A stretch of 26,406 nt of DNA from a virus. Taxonomy: Duplodnaviria; Caudoviricetes. The position numbers and the translations under genes were made by a program. The notes beneath the pieces are model-generated. The model worked only from the letters and a program-made list of their open reading frames with translations. It was not told where the DNA came from and did no database searches. Below are positions 8,029-17,280 of this stretch, in pieces; the stretch's first letter is position 1, and the number at the start of each line of letters is the position of its first letter. The DNA is taken from positions 1-26,406 of IMG/VR virus record IMGVR_UViG_3300045580_000183, one strand, 5' to 3'.

Positions 8029-10317
8029 ATGCCGACTGTAACAGGCCGCGCCACCGACTTCATCACGTTCAGCCGCCCCGGAGCAACAGGCGGTGGAGCC
8101 ACTGTCACCGATAGCGACGGCAAGATCAAGTGGGCGGGGCATAATCTGCTCACGAACAGCGAGAGCTTCGATGCGAGCGCGTGGACAAAAAGCACGACTG
8201 CGGCAGCTACGGTTACCTCGAACACATCTGCCGCTCCTAACAGCACAACGACTGCTGACCGAGTAGTTGGTGCCGCCGGTCTTTGGTTTGTTAAGCAGAA
8301 CATCTCTCAGGCCATTGGGCAAAAGTTTACGTTTGGAGTTTGGGTAAAGTCGAATACTGGCTCCTCCCAAACCTTCCGCATCTATGGCGACGAGACGACT
8401 ACGATCTCGGCAAACCTCACTGCAACAACGTCTTGGCAGTTGTTCACTCTTGAGTTTACGGCCAGTCAGGCAGGCAATTATGCTGTTGGCGTTATTGCTG
8501 ACAGCTCTCAGACTGCTGCAGATCTTCTTGTTTGGGGCGCCCATCTGTACCGCAGCGACCTCGGCGGCATGGTCCTCAACCCTGCGCGTGGCGATGCGTA
8601 CTATCCGACAACGCCGCGTAATCTGTTGGGTAGCACCGAAGATTTCTCGGCAGCGGCGTGGGTCAAAAACCTGATTGCAACGTTTGGCTCCGGCTCTATT
8701 GCCAATGCCATAGTAGCGCCGAATGGTTTGCAAACGGCGGACAAGATTGCTGCATCTGCTTCTGCTGGCTACCACGCATTACGTCAATCTGTAGCCGTCA
8801 CCACTGCGCCATATGTGTTTTCTTTCTACGCAAAAGCAGCAGAGTATTCGCTCTGCTATGTGACAGACATAGTAAACGCGCAGTTTCGCGTTGCGTTTAA
8901 TCTAGCTTCCGGCGCTGTTGTAGCTGGCACTACAGGCGGCGCAAACTATGTATCATCCGCGATTACGAGTGTTGGCGATGGGTGGTACAGGTGTTCGATT
9001 TCTTTGTCAGGAATGGCGAGCACCCCCACATTTGCATTGATTGGGTATCCATCGTCAGGTGCAACTCTTGACGGGTATGGTGTTCAGTACACCGGAGACG
9101 GCACCTCTGGCATCTACCTCTGGGGCGCGCAACTCTCCGACAGCGCATCGCTCGACGCCTACAGCCCGGTCTACGGCGCGGCGGTGACATCTGCTGCGTA
9201 CTATGCGCCGAGGTTGGATTACGATCCTGTGACGCTTGCGCCCTTGGGGCTTCTTGTTGAGGAGCAGAGGACGAACGTGCTTCTGTATACGGCCGCGTTT
9301 GATGTATCTGCAACGTGGGTGCCAACAGAAGTAAACGTTTCAACTGATGCCGCTGTAGCCCCTGACGGTACAACGACAGCCGATAAGTTTATACCTTCTA
9401 CAAACCCTCTTCAGCATCGCCTTCAGCAAAACGTGACCTCTATTGCCTCAGTCGTCACTGGCTCAGTCTATGTTAAGCTGGATGGGTCTGGGGTAAACAA
9501 GGTCGCACTATTTAACGGCGGGACGGCGTGCATTGCGTATTTTAATCTGTCTACTCTTACGGCGACTGGAGAAGCAAACGTTACGTCACCGACTATAACA
9601 CCTGTTGGCTCTGGTTGGTTCCGTTTGCAAGCGACTTGGCCTGCCTCTCAACCGACTATCCGTTTGAGTATTTTTGCTTCAAGTGGCTCTGACGGCCTTT
9701 CTCCAGTAGCTGGTAACGGAACAGACGGCATTTTCCTCTGGGGTGCCCAACTCGAAGCAGGCTCCTTCGCCACCTCCTACATCCCGAATGGTTCTGCCGT
9801 TGCAGGAGCCACCCGCACGGCGGACGTTGCGAGCGTGAGCACTCAGGCGTTTCCGTATAGCGCGACGGAGGGGACGGTTGTTCTCAATATCAGCAATGGC
9901 ACTGCAAGGACAGGCGGGAGTTTTGCACTCTGCACTTTTGACGATGGAAACGGTGGTTACGACAATAGCCGCCAGTTGTATTTCCAGAACGACACGGGCG
10001 ATGTGCGGGCTTATGAAAGCTCAAACAATGTGGTGGCCGTTGATCAGATTGCCTACAACGGCCCGCCGAATACAAGTGTGACCGGAAAACAAGCTTACAC
10101 TTACAAAGCAAACGATTTTGCGTCTGCATTCAATGGCGCTGCGGTTGTTCAGCTTTCGACTTCTGGTAATCCGGCTCTAAACATTAGGACAATGGGTCTT
10201 GGCTCTGACTTCAACGCTAGCGCGTCTGGTGCCGTGACAGGGCGTGTTTACATCCGCCAGATCACGTACATCCCCCGCCGCCTGAGCAACTCTGAACTCC
10301 AAGCGAGGACCGTGTAA
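8029..10317 (+). CDS. Head fibre / receptor-binding protein with three carbohydrate-binding-like modules and a LamG/ConA-like scaffold
   Basis: ITFSR..AT..DG N-terminus; three N(L/V)L...WGA(H/Q)L modules; PRLDYDP..GLLVEEQRTN; FATSYIP..TRTADV; C-terminal YIPRRLSNSELQ. Confidence 0.7.
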   Translation: MPTVTGRATDFITFSRPGATGGGATVTDSDGKIKWAGHNLLTNSESFDASAWTKSTTAAATVTSNTSAAPNSTTTADRVVGAAGLWFVKQNISQAIGQKFTFGVWVKSNTGSSQTFRIYGDETTTISANLTATTSWQLFTLEFTASQAGNYAVGVIADSSQTAADLLVWGAHLYRSDLGGMVLNPARGDAYYPTTPRNLLGSTEDFSAAAWVKNLIATFGSGSIANAIVAPNGLQTADKIAASASAGYHALRQSVAVTTAPYVFSFYAKAAEYSLCYVTDIVNAQFRVAFNLASGAVVAGTTGGANYVSSAITSVGDGWYRCSISLSGMASTPTFALIGYPSSGATLDGYGVQYTGDGTSGIYLWGAQLSDSASLDAYSPVYGAAVTSAAYYAPRLDYDPVTLAPLGLLVEEQRTNVLLYTAAFDVSATWVPTEVNVSTDAAVAPDGTTTADKFIPSTNPLQHRLQQNVTSIASVVTGSVYVKLDGSGVNKVALFNGGTACIAYFNLSTLTATGEANVTSPTITPVGSGWFRLQATWPASQPTIRLSIFASSGSDGLSPVAGNGTDGIFLWGAQLEAGSFATSYIPNGSAVAGATRTADVASVSTQAFPYSATEGTVVLNISNGTARTGGSFALCTFDDGNGGYDNSRQLYFQNDTGDVRAYESSNNVVAVDQIAYNGPPNTSVTGKQAYTYKANDFASAFNGAAVVQLSTSGNPALNIRTMGLGSDFNASASGAVTGRVYIRQITYIPRRLSNSELQARTV

Positions 10318-10318
10318 C

Positions 10319-10816
10319 ATGACCATCGAATACTTCGCTTGGTGCAGCAGCCGCGAACTCTTCGTCACCGGCATGACCACCACGGCACTGCCTGACGGCT
10401 CGATGCTGGCAACGCTGGATGACAATGGCAACCTGATCCCGCACGCTGGCGTCATCATCGACGAGATCGGCCCCGTGGTCAAAACCCCTGCGGTGCTGGA
10501 CGAGGATGGCAACGTCATCACGCCCGCTGTTGTAGTCGAGGGGCATCATGTCAACCTCGTAGCCTACGGCGAGATGGCACAGATGCTCACGATGGGACCG
10601 CCAGACGCGGAGGGCAACCCGACACAGCTTCCGCAGTACGACGAAGACGGAAATCTTTTGCCGCTTTTTGAGCGGACGAACATTCTGAGCCTGATCCCCG
10701 ACTTGGTCTGGACGCCCATTCCCGGCCCCGGTGTTCCGGGTGGGTACGAGGGGCCGAATGGTGTGTGCCTTTTCGATCCTGCTGTTGTTGACCATCGCGC
10801 CCGAATCTTCCTATAG
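10319..10816 (+). CDS. Fibre-associated acidic, proline-rich protein (chaperone or tip)
   Basis: DEDGNVITPA..GHHVNL motif, repeated DxxGN, GAGG RBS; directly after the fibre gene. Confidence 0.5.
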   Translation: MTIEYFAWCSSRELFVTGMTTTALPDGSMLATLDDNGNLIPHAGVIIDEIGPVVKTPAVLDEDGNVITPAVVVEGHHVNLVAYGEMAQMLTMGPPDAEGNPTQLPQYDEDGNLLPLFERTNILSLIPDLVWTPIPGPGVPGGYEGPNGVCLFDPAVVDHRARIFL

Positions 10817-10827
10817 GAGCAACCCAA

Positions 10828-11073
10828 GTGAAAGCCAAAATCACCAGCCCGCACGGCTACAAATGCGCTCCCGAGGGGCATACTACGGTTCACTTTGATG
10901 TGGGTTCCATCGTGGAAGGACATATCGCTGAGATGGCTATTGCCGATGGTGCGGCTATGGCTTTCCAGGATATGAAGATCGAGACCAAGGTGGTCGCCCC
11001 TAGCGAGGCAAAAGCACCCACTGAGGTTAAGGCACCAGTTGAAGCACCTAAGAAAGGCCGCACTCGCAAATGA
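10828..11073 (+). CDS. Small hypothetical protein preceding the head-tail adaptor
   Basis: AGGAG RBS, GTG start, APxE(A/V)K repeats and a basic C-terminus. Confidence 0.6.
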   Translation: MKAKITSPHGYKCAPEGHTTVHFDVGSIVEGHIAEMAIADGAAMAFQDMKIETKVVAPSEAKAPTEVKAPVEAPKKGRTRK

Positions 11074-11750
11074 GCCTCCGCGCTGCCGTACCGCTCTATC
11101 AATTCCGTGGTTCCGTCATCACATCGGCCCCGGCAACGGAGCCTGTTACGGCGGCGGAGCTTCGCACGCATCTTCGCACCGATAGCACAGAGCTTCCTGA
11201 TGCGGAGGCCAATGCGCTCATCACCGATGCACGCACCGAGATCGAGAACATGACTGGCCTTGCGTTCATCACGCAATCTTGGAGGCTCTCGCTTGACCGC
11301 TGGCCCGCTGGCGGTGAAGCGTGGTGGGACGGGGTGCGCGAGATGAGCATCACGGAACTTTATAACCGCAACACGTACCAGAGCGTTGCGCTGCCGCGAT
11401 ACCCGCTTCAATCCATCACCTCCGTCACGGTCTTTGATGAGGCCAGCGCATCCACGGTGATCACGGTTGCCGATGTCTTCGACGTTGACACCTATCAGAC
11501 ACCGGGGCGGCTGACACTGAAGCGAGGCCAGACTTGGCCGGTGGCGTTGAGGGCCAATGATGCCATTCAGATTATTTACGTTGCTGGCTACACTAACGCT
11601 GCTGCCGTGCCAAGCCCTATGAAGCGTGCGGTAAAGCAACTCGCTGCCTTCCTTTACGCACATCGCGGCGATGATTGCGATCCGTCGCAAGCCTATGAGG
11701 ATTCCGGTGCTGCTGGCATCATTGCTCAATACAAGGTTGCGCGTGTATGA
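11070..11750 (+). CDS. Head-tail connector/adaptor (HK97 gp6 / phiE125 gp8-like)
   Basis: PATEPVTAAELRTHLR, IENMTGLAFITQSW, YVAGY, LAAFLYAHR. Confidence 0.85.
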   Translation: MSLRAAVPLYQFRGSVITSAPATEPVTAAELRTHLRTDSTELPDAEANALITDARTEIENMTGLAFITQSWRLSLDRWPAGGEAWWDGVREMSITELYNRNTYQSVALPRYPLQSITSVTVFDEASASTVITVADVFDVDTYQTPGRLTLKRGQTWPVALRANDAIQIIYVAGYTNAAAVPSPMKRAVKQLAAFLYAHRGDDCDPSQAYEDSGAAGIIAQYKVARV

Positions 11751-12517
11751 CGTTTCCCAGCGGCCTTGATATTGCTCGGGGCTTGGCACCTGGGTGCGTT
11801 TCGTCGTTTCGATTCGGGCGAAACACGGCTATTGGTTCCATCTACACTCCGGTTACAAGATCAGGCTTCTATCGCACGCCGCAAGTAGCAGGAGCCACGG
11901 CATTGCGAATCAAGGCCGGTGGAAATGCAAACGACACTGCCAATGGCTCCGGCGCACGCGAGATCACCATCATCGGTCTCAATGCGAGTGGTGATCTAAT
12001 CACCGAGACGCTTGCGACAGCCGGTGCTTCGGCAAGTGCGCCCACTACTCAGACCTTTATTCGGTTGACTAGAGCATACGTTTCCAAATCTGGCACATAC
12101 GCCACGCAGACGGCTGGCACGCAAGCTGGCTCTATCGTCATAGAGGACGCTGCCGGTGGCGAGGATTGGGCTTTGATTGCCGATGGCTCTCTTGGCAAAG
12201 CTGTTTCGGAGATCGGGGCCTATACGACACCACGCAATGTTGCGGCGGCTGTGTTTAACATCACGATTTCGAGCGATGCCGATAAAAAGGCTAACATCGT
12301 GATGTTCAAGCGCGAGAACATCTTGGAGACTGCTGCTCCATATTCGCCTATGTCACTTGTGGTTGAATATCCTCAGTCATCAGGGCTTGTGGATATGCCA
12401 TTCGATCCGCCGCTCTACTTCCCTCCGCTTTGTGATTTCGGCTTCCTCGCCACGGTATCGGCGTCCACCGTGGATGTGTCCATCGGCTTTGATATGGTGG
12501 AGTTCGTTCCACGATGA
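11747..12517 (+). CDS. Hypothetical virion protein inserted in the neck module
   Basis: ATGA-coupled on both sides; beta-rich, LDIARG..FGRN N-terminus. Confidence 0.6.
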   Translation: MTFPSGLDIARGLAPGCVSSFRFGRNTAIGSIYTPVTRSGFYRTPQVAGATALRIKAGGNANDTANGSGAREITIIGLNASGDLITETLATAGASASAPTTQTFIRLTRAYVSKSGTYATQTAGTQAGSIVIEDAAGGEDWALIADGSLGKAVSEIGAYTTPRNVAAAVFNITISSDADKKANIVMFKRENILETAAPYSPMSLVVEYPQSSGLVDMPFDPPLYFPPLCDFGFLATVSASTVDVSIGFDMVEFVPR

Positions 12518-12861
12518 TTAAATGTTGCGATCTCAATTCCGGCAAGTTGAAAGAGCCGGTCACGTTCCAGCGCAAGACGCTCACAAGTGACGGCGCTGGG
12601 GGCATGACGCAGAGTTGGGCTACCGTTAGCGGCGCACCGACAAGGGCTTTTGTGGTGCCTGTGAGCGGCTCTGAACGCTATGCCTCAGACCGCGTTGAGG
12701 CCACCGTGCGGCTGCGGCTCGTCGTGCGCTACACGACCGGCTTGCGCGAGAGTGACCGTGTGCAAATTCGCAACAAGATTCACAACATCCGGTTTATCGA
12801 CAACCTAGAATTCGCCAACAAGTGGTTGCAAATAGACGTTGATGGCGGGGTGGCGGTGTGA
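12514..12861 (+). CDS. Head closure / stopper protein (SPP1 gp16-like)
   Basis: GKLKEPVTFQ, DGAGG...W, VRY...DRVQ; neck synteny. Confidence 0.85.
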   Translation: MIKCCDLNSGKLKEPVTFQRKTLTSDGAGGMTQSWATVSGAPTRAFVVPVSGSERYASDRVEATVRLRLVVRYTTGLRESDRVQIRNKIHNIRFIDNLEFANKWLQIDVDGGVAV

Positions 12862-13400
12862 GGGACGTAAAAGTCGAGATCAAGGGCCTCAAGGAAGTGC
12901 AGGATGCGATCCGCGCTTATCAGGGTGATATATCGCGGCAAGTTAATTTGATCACAAAGAGCGCAGCGATGGGCGCTTTGAATGATGTCAAAAAGGCAAT
13001 CGATCTTGGCCCTAAAACTGGCAATGTCTACTACAGGATTCCCGGCCCTAAATATATGACCGTTCGACGGGATTCTCAGGATGGCCCAATCGTTGCGGTT
13101 TTCCGGGCCGAGGGCAAGCAAAACTTGTCGCTTCGTCATCAAGCCTCAGCCCCAGGACAAGCCCCGGCGACCGATACCGGCTCGCTTTTAAGGTCATTGT
13201 ATTTTAAGGCTTTGGGAGCCGCAGACTTTGCCATCGGAAGCGATATTCCATATTCGTACTATCTGGAATTCGGCACGCGCAAAATTGCAAAGCGTCCCGC
13301 TTGGGTTCCCGCTGTTGAGCGCACTATCCCTAAGATGTTGAAACAAGTGCAGATAGCAATCGAAAAAGCCAAGGCTCGCGCGGAGAAGACCACAAAATGA
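12858..13400 (+). CDS. HK97 gp10-like tail completion protein
   Basis: HQASAPGQAPATDTGSL, YLEFGTRKIAKRPAW. Confidence 0.85.
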   Translation: MRDVKVEIKGLKEVQDAIRAYQGDISRQVNLITKSAAMGALNDVKKAIDLGPKTGNVYYRIPGPKYMTVRRDSQDGPIVAVFRAEGKQNLSLRHQASAPGQAPATDTGSLLRSLYFKALGAADFAIGSDIPYSYYLEFGTRKIAKRPAWVPAVERTIPKMLKQVQIAIEKAKARAEKTTK

Positions 13401-13825
13401 AATCCGACGATCTGCAACAGGCGATCTATACGCGGCTCAACGATAGCTCGGTGACTAGCCTTCTCAGCACCTATTACAGCCCGCTGGCTGCTATCTTTAC
13501 CGATGTGCCACAAGCCGACGATTCCGAGCTTGAAACGGCTTTCCCGTTTATCACCATAGGCGGCGACACCATCAACCCGTTCGACAGCAAGGACGATCTC
13601 GGTGGATCTGCAATTGTGCAAATTGACGTATGGGACCGTGCCGCTTCTATGCTCGATCTCAAGACCCTTGTGGATGCCATTGACGCCCGTCTCCGCCGCC
13701 AGCCGCTTTCGATTGCCGGGGTGACGCATATCACCACCGAGCTAGATAGTTGCGTGTTTTCCCGAGACCCGGACGGCAAGACCAAGCGAGCCTTGATCCT
13801 TTACCGTGTATTGTGGATTGCATGA
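13397..13825 (+). CDS. Tail terminator (DUF3168-like)
   Basis: LQQAIYTRL, FPFITIG, QIDVW, DPDGKT; precedes the tail tube genes. Confidence 0.85.
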   Translation: MKSDDLQQAIYTRLNDSSVTSLLSTYYSPLAAIFTDVPQADDSELETAFPFITIGGDTINPFDSKDDLGGSAIVQIDVWDRAASMLDLKTLVDAIDARLRRQPLSIAGVTHITTELDSCVFSRDPDGKTKRALILYRVLWIA

Positions 13826-13840
13826 TTTCCGTGGTAGAAT
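13811..13840 (+). promoter_or_regulatory. Candidate internal promoter for the tail tube genes
   Basis: TTGTGG (13811-13816), 18 nt, TGgTAGAAT (hexamer 13835-13840), then AAAGGT RBS. Confidence 0.5.
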
Positions 13841-13864
13841 AGGCGAAACGAAAGGTCGATTTAG

Positions 13865-14545
13865 ATGGCTTTATCTGGCCGCTCTGTCCGTATCAGCCGC
13901 GATGGCTCCAACATTGTTGGCGCTCGCACTGACAGCGTGACCATCAACAACGAGCCGCTGGACATCACCGACAAGGATGATTCCGGCTGGCGCACCATGC
14001 TTGCAGATGCAGGATTGCGCTCGGTATCATGCGAGGTCGAGGGCGTTCTCAAGGATGCCACGCTTTTGACCGATGGCGTAGGCACAGCCTCGACGGCGCT
14101 CTTCAAGGAATGCGTGGTTACAATCTCTGGCCTCGGCACGCTGACCGGCGACTTCTTCCTCAACAGCGTCCAGATTGGTGCCGAGCAAGCCGATGTGGTG
14201 ACCTTCACTGCAACCCTTGAGAGTGGCGAGAACATGACCGCCACTATCGGGCCGTATAACACCGTTCTCCCGGCGATCACCGGCACACTTTCTGGCACCA
14301 ATGTGCAGACCACGACGAATGGCACTTGGGCCGGTGATGCGACAATCACATTCGCCCGTCAGTGGCAGCGCGGCAATAATGCCGATGGCACTGATCCTTC
14401 GTGGACGAACATTGCCGGTGCCACGAACACGACCTACACCCTTACAGGATCGGACACCGGAAAGTATATTCGGTGCCGTGTAACCGCCACCAATAGCGTC
14501 GGGTCTACGGTGGCCTTCTCCAACATTCGTGGACCCGTTACGTAA
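13865..14545 (+). CDS. Tail tube protein (TP901-1 family) with C-terminal Ig-like extension
   Basis: INNEPLDITDKDDSGWR..LADAGLRS; C-terminal NTVLPAITG..QWQR..IAGATNTTYTL..DTGKYIRCRVTATN. Confidence 0.85.
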   Translation: MALSGRSVRISRDGSNIVGARTDSVTINNEPLDITDKDDSGWRTMLADAGLRSVSCEVEGVLKDATLLTDGVGTASTALFKECVVTISGLGTLTGDFFLNSVQIGAEQADVVTFTATLESGENMTATIGPYNTVLPAITGTLSGTNVQTTTNGTWAGDATITFARQWQRGNNADGTDPSWTNIAGATNTTYTLTGSDTGKYIRCRVTATNSVGSTVAFSNIRGPVT

Positions 14546-14560
14546 GAAAGGAACTGAAAT

Positions 14561-14950
14561 ATGCCCGCAATTGCCGGTCGCAAGGTTCGCATCAAGCGCG
14601 GTTCAACCGCTGTCGCTGGGGCGCGTGCCGATAGCTTCACGATCAACAATGAGCCGATTGACATCACCGAGAAGGATGACAACGGCTGGCGCAAGTATCT
14701 GGCCGATGTGGGCGTGCGATCGATTGATGCCGAGGTCGAGGGTATCCTTGAAGATTCCACCTTCCTGGCTCTTGCCGTTGGCACCGCCTCGGCATTGCTC
14801 GAATCCTACACCATCGAGCTTCTCGGCATCGGTTCCTTCACTGGCAATTTCTACCTTGCCAGCTTCGCGGTGACGGGCGAACAGGCCGATGCCACGACAT
14901 TCACCGCCTCGATCCAGTCCTCCGGCACCATTACGTTCACGGCGTCCTAA
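14561..14950 (+). CDS. Major tail tube protein (TP901-1 family), second paralogue
   Basis: INNEPIDITEKDDNGWR..LADVGVRS, SSGTITF; AAGGA RBS. Confidence 0.88.
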   Translation: MPAIAGRKVRIKRGSTAVAGARADSFTINNEPIDITEKDDNGWRKYLADVGVRSIDAEVEGILEDSTFLALAVGTASALLESYTIELLGIGSFTGNFYLASFAVTGEQADATTFTASIQSSGTITFTAS

Positions 14951-15321
14951 TGGCTGTTTTCCGCGAGCTTACGATTAATTGGAAGGGGAAGGATTATGCG
15001 TTCATCCCCTCCATGAAACTTATGCGCTCCATTGAGATGGGCGATATTTCCTTCACAGACATTGCTGTTCGCACATCTCAAGGACGGCCACCAATCTCGC
15101 ACATCGCCTTCGTCTTGGCGAAGATGCTGGCCTCGAGCGGCTGCAAGGTCACGGATGAAGAGGTTTACGCGGAGCTGATCGGCGGGTCACAAGAGAACGT
15201 GACCAACCTTATCAGCACTGTTTTGATGGCATTCTCGCCAGCCGAGACCAACGCAAAAAACAGCGCCGCCCAAACCGAGAGCCAGTCGGAGGTGAGGGCG
15301 ATGGAGAATACGGACGATTAG
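14950..15321 (+). CDS. Tail assembly chaperone (gpG-like)
   Basis: Lies between the tube and tape measure genes; contains an in-frame slippery heptamer. Confidence 0.75.
   Translation: MAVFRELTINWKGKDYAFIPSMKLMRSIEMGDISFTDIAVRTSQGRPPISHIAFVLAKMLASSGCKVTDEEVYAELIGGSQENVTNLISTVLMAFSPAETNAKNSAAQTESQSEVRAMENTDD
15255..15261 (+). other. -1 programmed ribosomal frameshift site A-AAA-AAC
   Basis: GCA AAA AAC in the chaperone frame; the -1 frame is open from here to TAG at 15510-15512. Confidence 0.8.
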
Positions 15322-15512
15322 ACTGGAATGGAATGTATCTTTGGGCAAGGGAGTGGGGCATTCAGCCGAGTGAATTTTGGGATATGACAATCCCGGAATG
15401 GTGGTTAGAATACGAGTTGAGAGCGCCGACCGATCCTAAAGAGAAATACGCGGGCAAGTTGACGAGAGCCGATGTAGAGGAATTGAAGGAACTATTGCAT
15501 GGCTCAAGTTAG
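15261..15512 (+). CDS. Tail assembly chaperone C-terminal frameshift extension (gpGT T part); missing from the ORF track
   Basis: Reads QRRPNREPVGGEGDGEYGRLDWNGMYLWAREWGIQPSEFWDMTIPEWW...HGSS*; the PSEFWDMT motif is typical; in-frame ATG at 15333. Confidence 0.8.
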   Translation, partial: QRRPNREPVGGEGDGEYGRLDWNGMYLWAREWGIQPSEFWDMTIPEWWLEYELRAPTDPKEKYAGKLTRADVEELKELLHGSS

Positions 15513-17280
15513 CGGAATCGAGGTCAAGTTTAGTGCGAACACTACGCAACTAGACAATGCTGTAAAACAAGCGGAAAATTCAGTTCTTCGCTTTGGCAAG
15601 GCTGCAAATTCTGTAAACACTGCTCAACTCACAAGCAGAATGCAAAGTGTGAGCTGGCAGGTTCAGGATTTTGCAACTCAGGTTGGTGCAGGTACTGCGG
15701 CAACCGTTGCGCTAGGTCAACAGCTTCCTCAGTTGCTCTCTGGATTCGGCCCCCTTGGTGCTGCTATCGGCACAGTGGCAGCTATTGCGCTTCCGCTTGC
15801 CGGTTACTTTTTTGCGTCTGCGAAAGAAACTAGAAACTTTGCAGATGTTGCTCTTGATGCAGCCGAAAAAATTGATGTTCTTTCCAAGAGCATTAACGCA
15901 CTAATTGAAAAAATTCAGGACGGTTCTCTCAAGTCAAGCGCACTCAGCGCCGAATTGCAAAAACTTGCAGAAATTAATATCGGTATTAATGCGGCTGAAA
16001 GCGTTGATGCTCTACGCAATTCTTTCATGTCGCTTGGTACAGAATTGCAAGGGTGGTCTGGATGGTTCACCGGATTCCAAACATCTCTTGGAAATGCAAC
16101 CCAGACATTAAGCGGCGTTGATCGTGCTGTTCTTGCACTTATTCCTGGATTGACACAATTTCGTGGTGTCATTTCTGCGACAACGGAGCAATCCCGTGAA
16201 ATTGTTGGTCTTACTGCTTCACTAAGAAATTGGGGCGTTGAGGCGAACGACGCAGTAAAGCTTGCTATTCAGCTTTCTGAAGCATTTAATAACACAAATG
16301 CAACAGAAGCCGCGAGACAACTTGCAGATGTTGCAATAAAACTCAATGATATTAAGACAATCACGCCGGAAGCTCGTGGTCAGATCAACGAATTCTTTAA
16401 GTATGTTCTGGCTCTTACGAAAGGCACAAGCGAGCTGAATACAGAGCTTGCGAAATCAGCCGCTCTTATGTCTGACATGGCTGGTATTGGTTCATATGGA
16501 CCATCAACGGCTGAAAGCGGAACAACTATAAAGGAAGAGGTAAAAGAAGAACGACCGGCTGCTATAAAGGTTCCGAAGGTTCCAGCACCCCGCGAGACCG
16601 GCATCTATCGCGAAGAAGACCCGTTCTTCATTGATCGGCTTGATGCAATCCGCGAGCAGTTCAAGACCGAACGCGAGGTGTTGGCGGAAGAATACGCTCT
16701 TAACCAAGAGACAGTTCGCAATGCTTTGAACAATGGCCTCATTGAAAAAGCTGAATTTGATGCGCTCGAATTGCAAATGGCAGAAGAGCATCAAAAGAAA
16801 TTGAATGCTATCAAGATGGCTGGCATTGATACCCAATTATCCGCGACGGCTGATTTATTTGGAAGTCTTGCCCAGCTGACCAATAGCGGCAACAAGAAAC
16901 TTATGAAATTGTCTAAGGCTTTCTCTATTGCTCAAGTCGTTATCAATACGGCTCAAGGTATTTCGAAGGCTTTTGCTCAATTCGGCTGGCCAGCTGGTAT
17001 TGGCCCTGCGGCTGCAATCGCGGCTTCCGGTGCAGTTCAGCTTGCTAACATCGCATCGGCGGAAAGCGGAAAGATCAAAGGAGGTGGAGGCGGAGGGGGT
17101 CGAGGTTCTGCCGCTGCCGAAGGAGGATCTACTGGAAGCGGTGGAGGCCCCACAACCACCTTCCAGTTCACCCTCATGAATGACCCTATGGGCTTTGGCG
17201 AGAAGTTCGCCCGCCAGTTCATTGATCAGCTTAACAGCACGCAGCGCAACGGCGGCACAATTCGCGGAGTGATAGCCTAA
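15499..17280 (+). CDS. Tape measure protein
   Basis: WQVQDFATQV..ALGQQLPQLL lambda-type N-terminal motif; helical and Ala-rich; Gly-rich C-terminus; position after the chaperones. Confidence 0.9.
   Translation: MAQVSGIEVKFSANTTQLDNAVKQAENSVLRFGKAANSVNTAQLTSRMQSVSWQVQDFATQVGAGTAATVALGQQLPQLLSGFGPLGAAIGTVAAIALPLAGYFFASAKETRNFADVALDAAEKIDVLSKSINALIEKIQDGSLKSSALSAELQKLAEINIGINAAESVDALRNSFMSLGTELQGWSGWFTGFQTSLGNATQTLSGVDRAVLALIPGLTQFRGVISATTEQSREIVGLTASLRNWGVEANDAVKLAIQLSEAFNNTNATEAARQLADVAIKLNDIKTITPEARGQINEFFKYVLALTKGTSELNTELAKSAALMSDMAGIGSYGPSTAESGTTIKEEVKEERPAAIKVPKVPAPRETGIYREEDPFFIDRLDAIREQFKTEREVLAEEYALNQETVRNALNNGLIEKAEFDALELQMAEEHQKKLNAIKMAGIDTQLSATADLFGSLAQLTNSGNKKLMKLSKAFSIAQVVINTAQGISKAFAQFGWPAGIGPAAAIAASGAVQLANIASAESGKIKGGGGGGGRGSAAAEGGSTGSGGGPTTTFQFTLMNDPMGFGEKFARQFIDQLNSTQRNGGTIRGVIA

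Noticed and set aside
8010-8031. Frameshift or readthrough fusing 7785-8027 with the fibre gene
   Set aside because: No slippery site, the fibre frame has TGA at 8014-8016, and the fibre has its own GAAGGT RBS.
8029-10317. Diversity-generating retroelement or invertible fibre cassette
   Set aside because: No reverse transcriptase or invertase, and no near-identical TR/VR pair; the repeats are diverged at DNA level.
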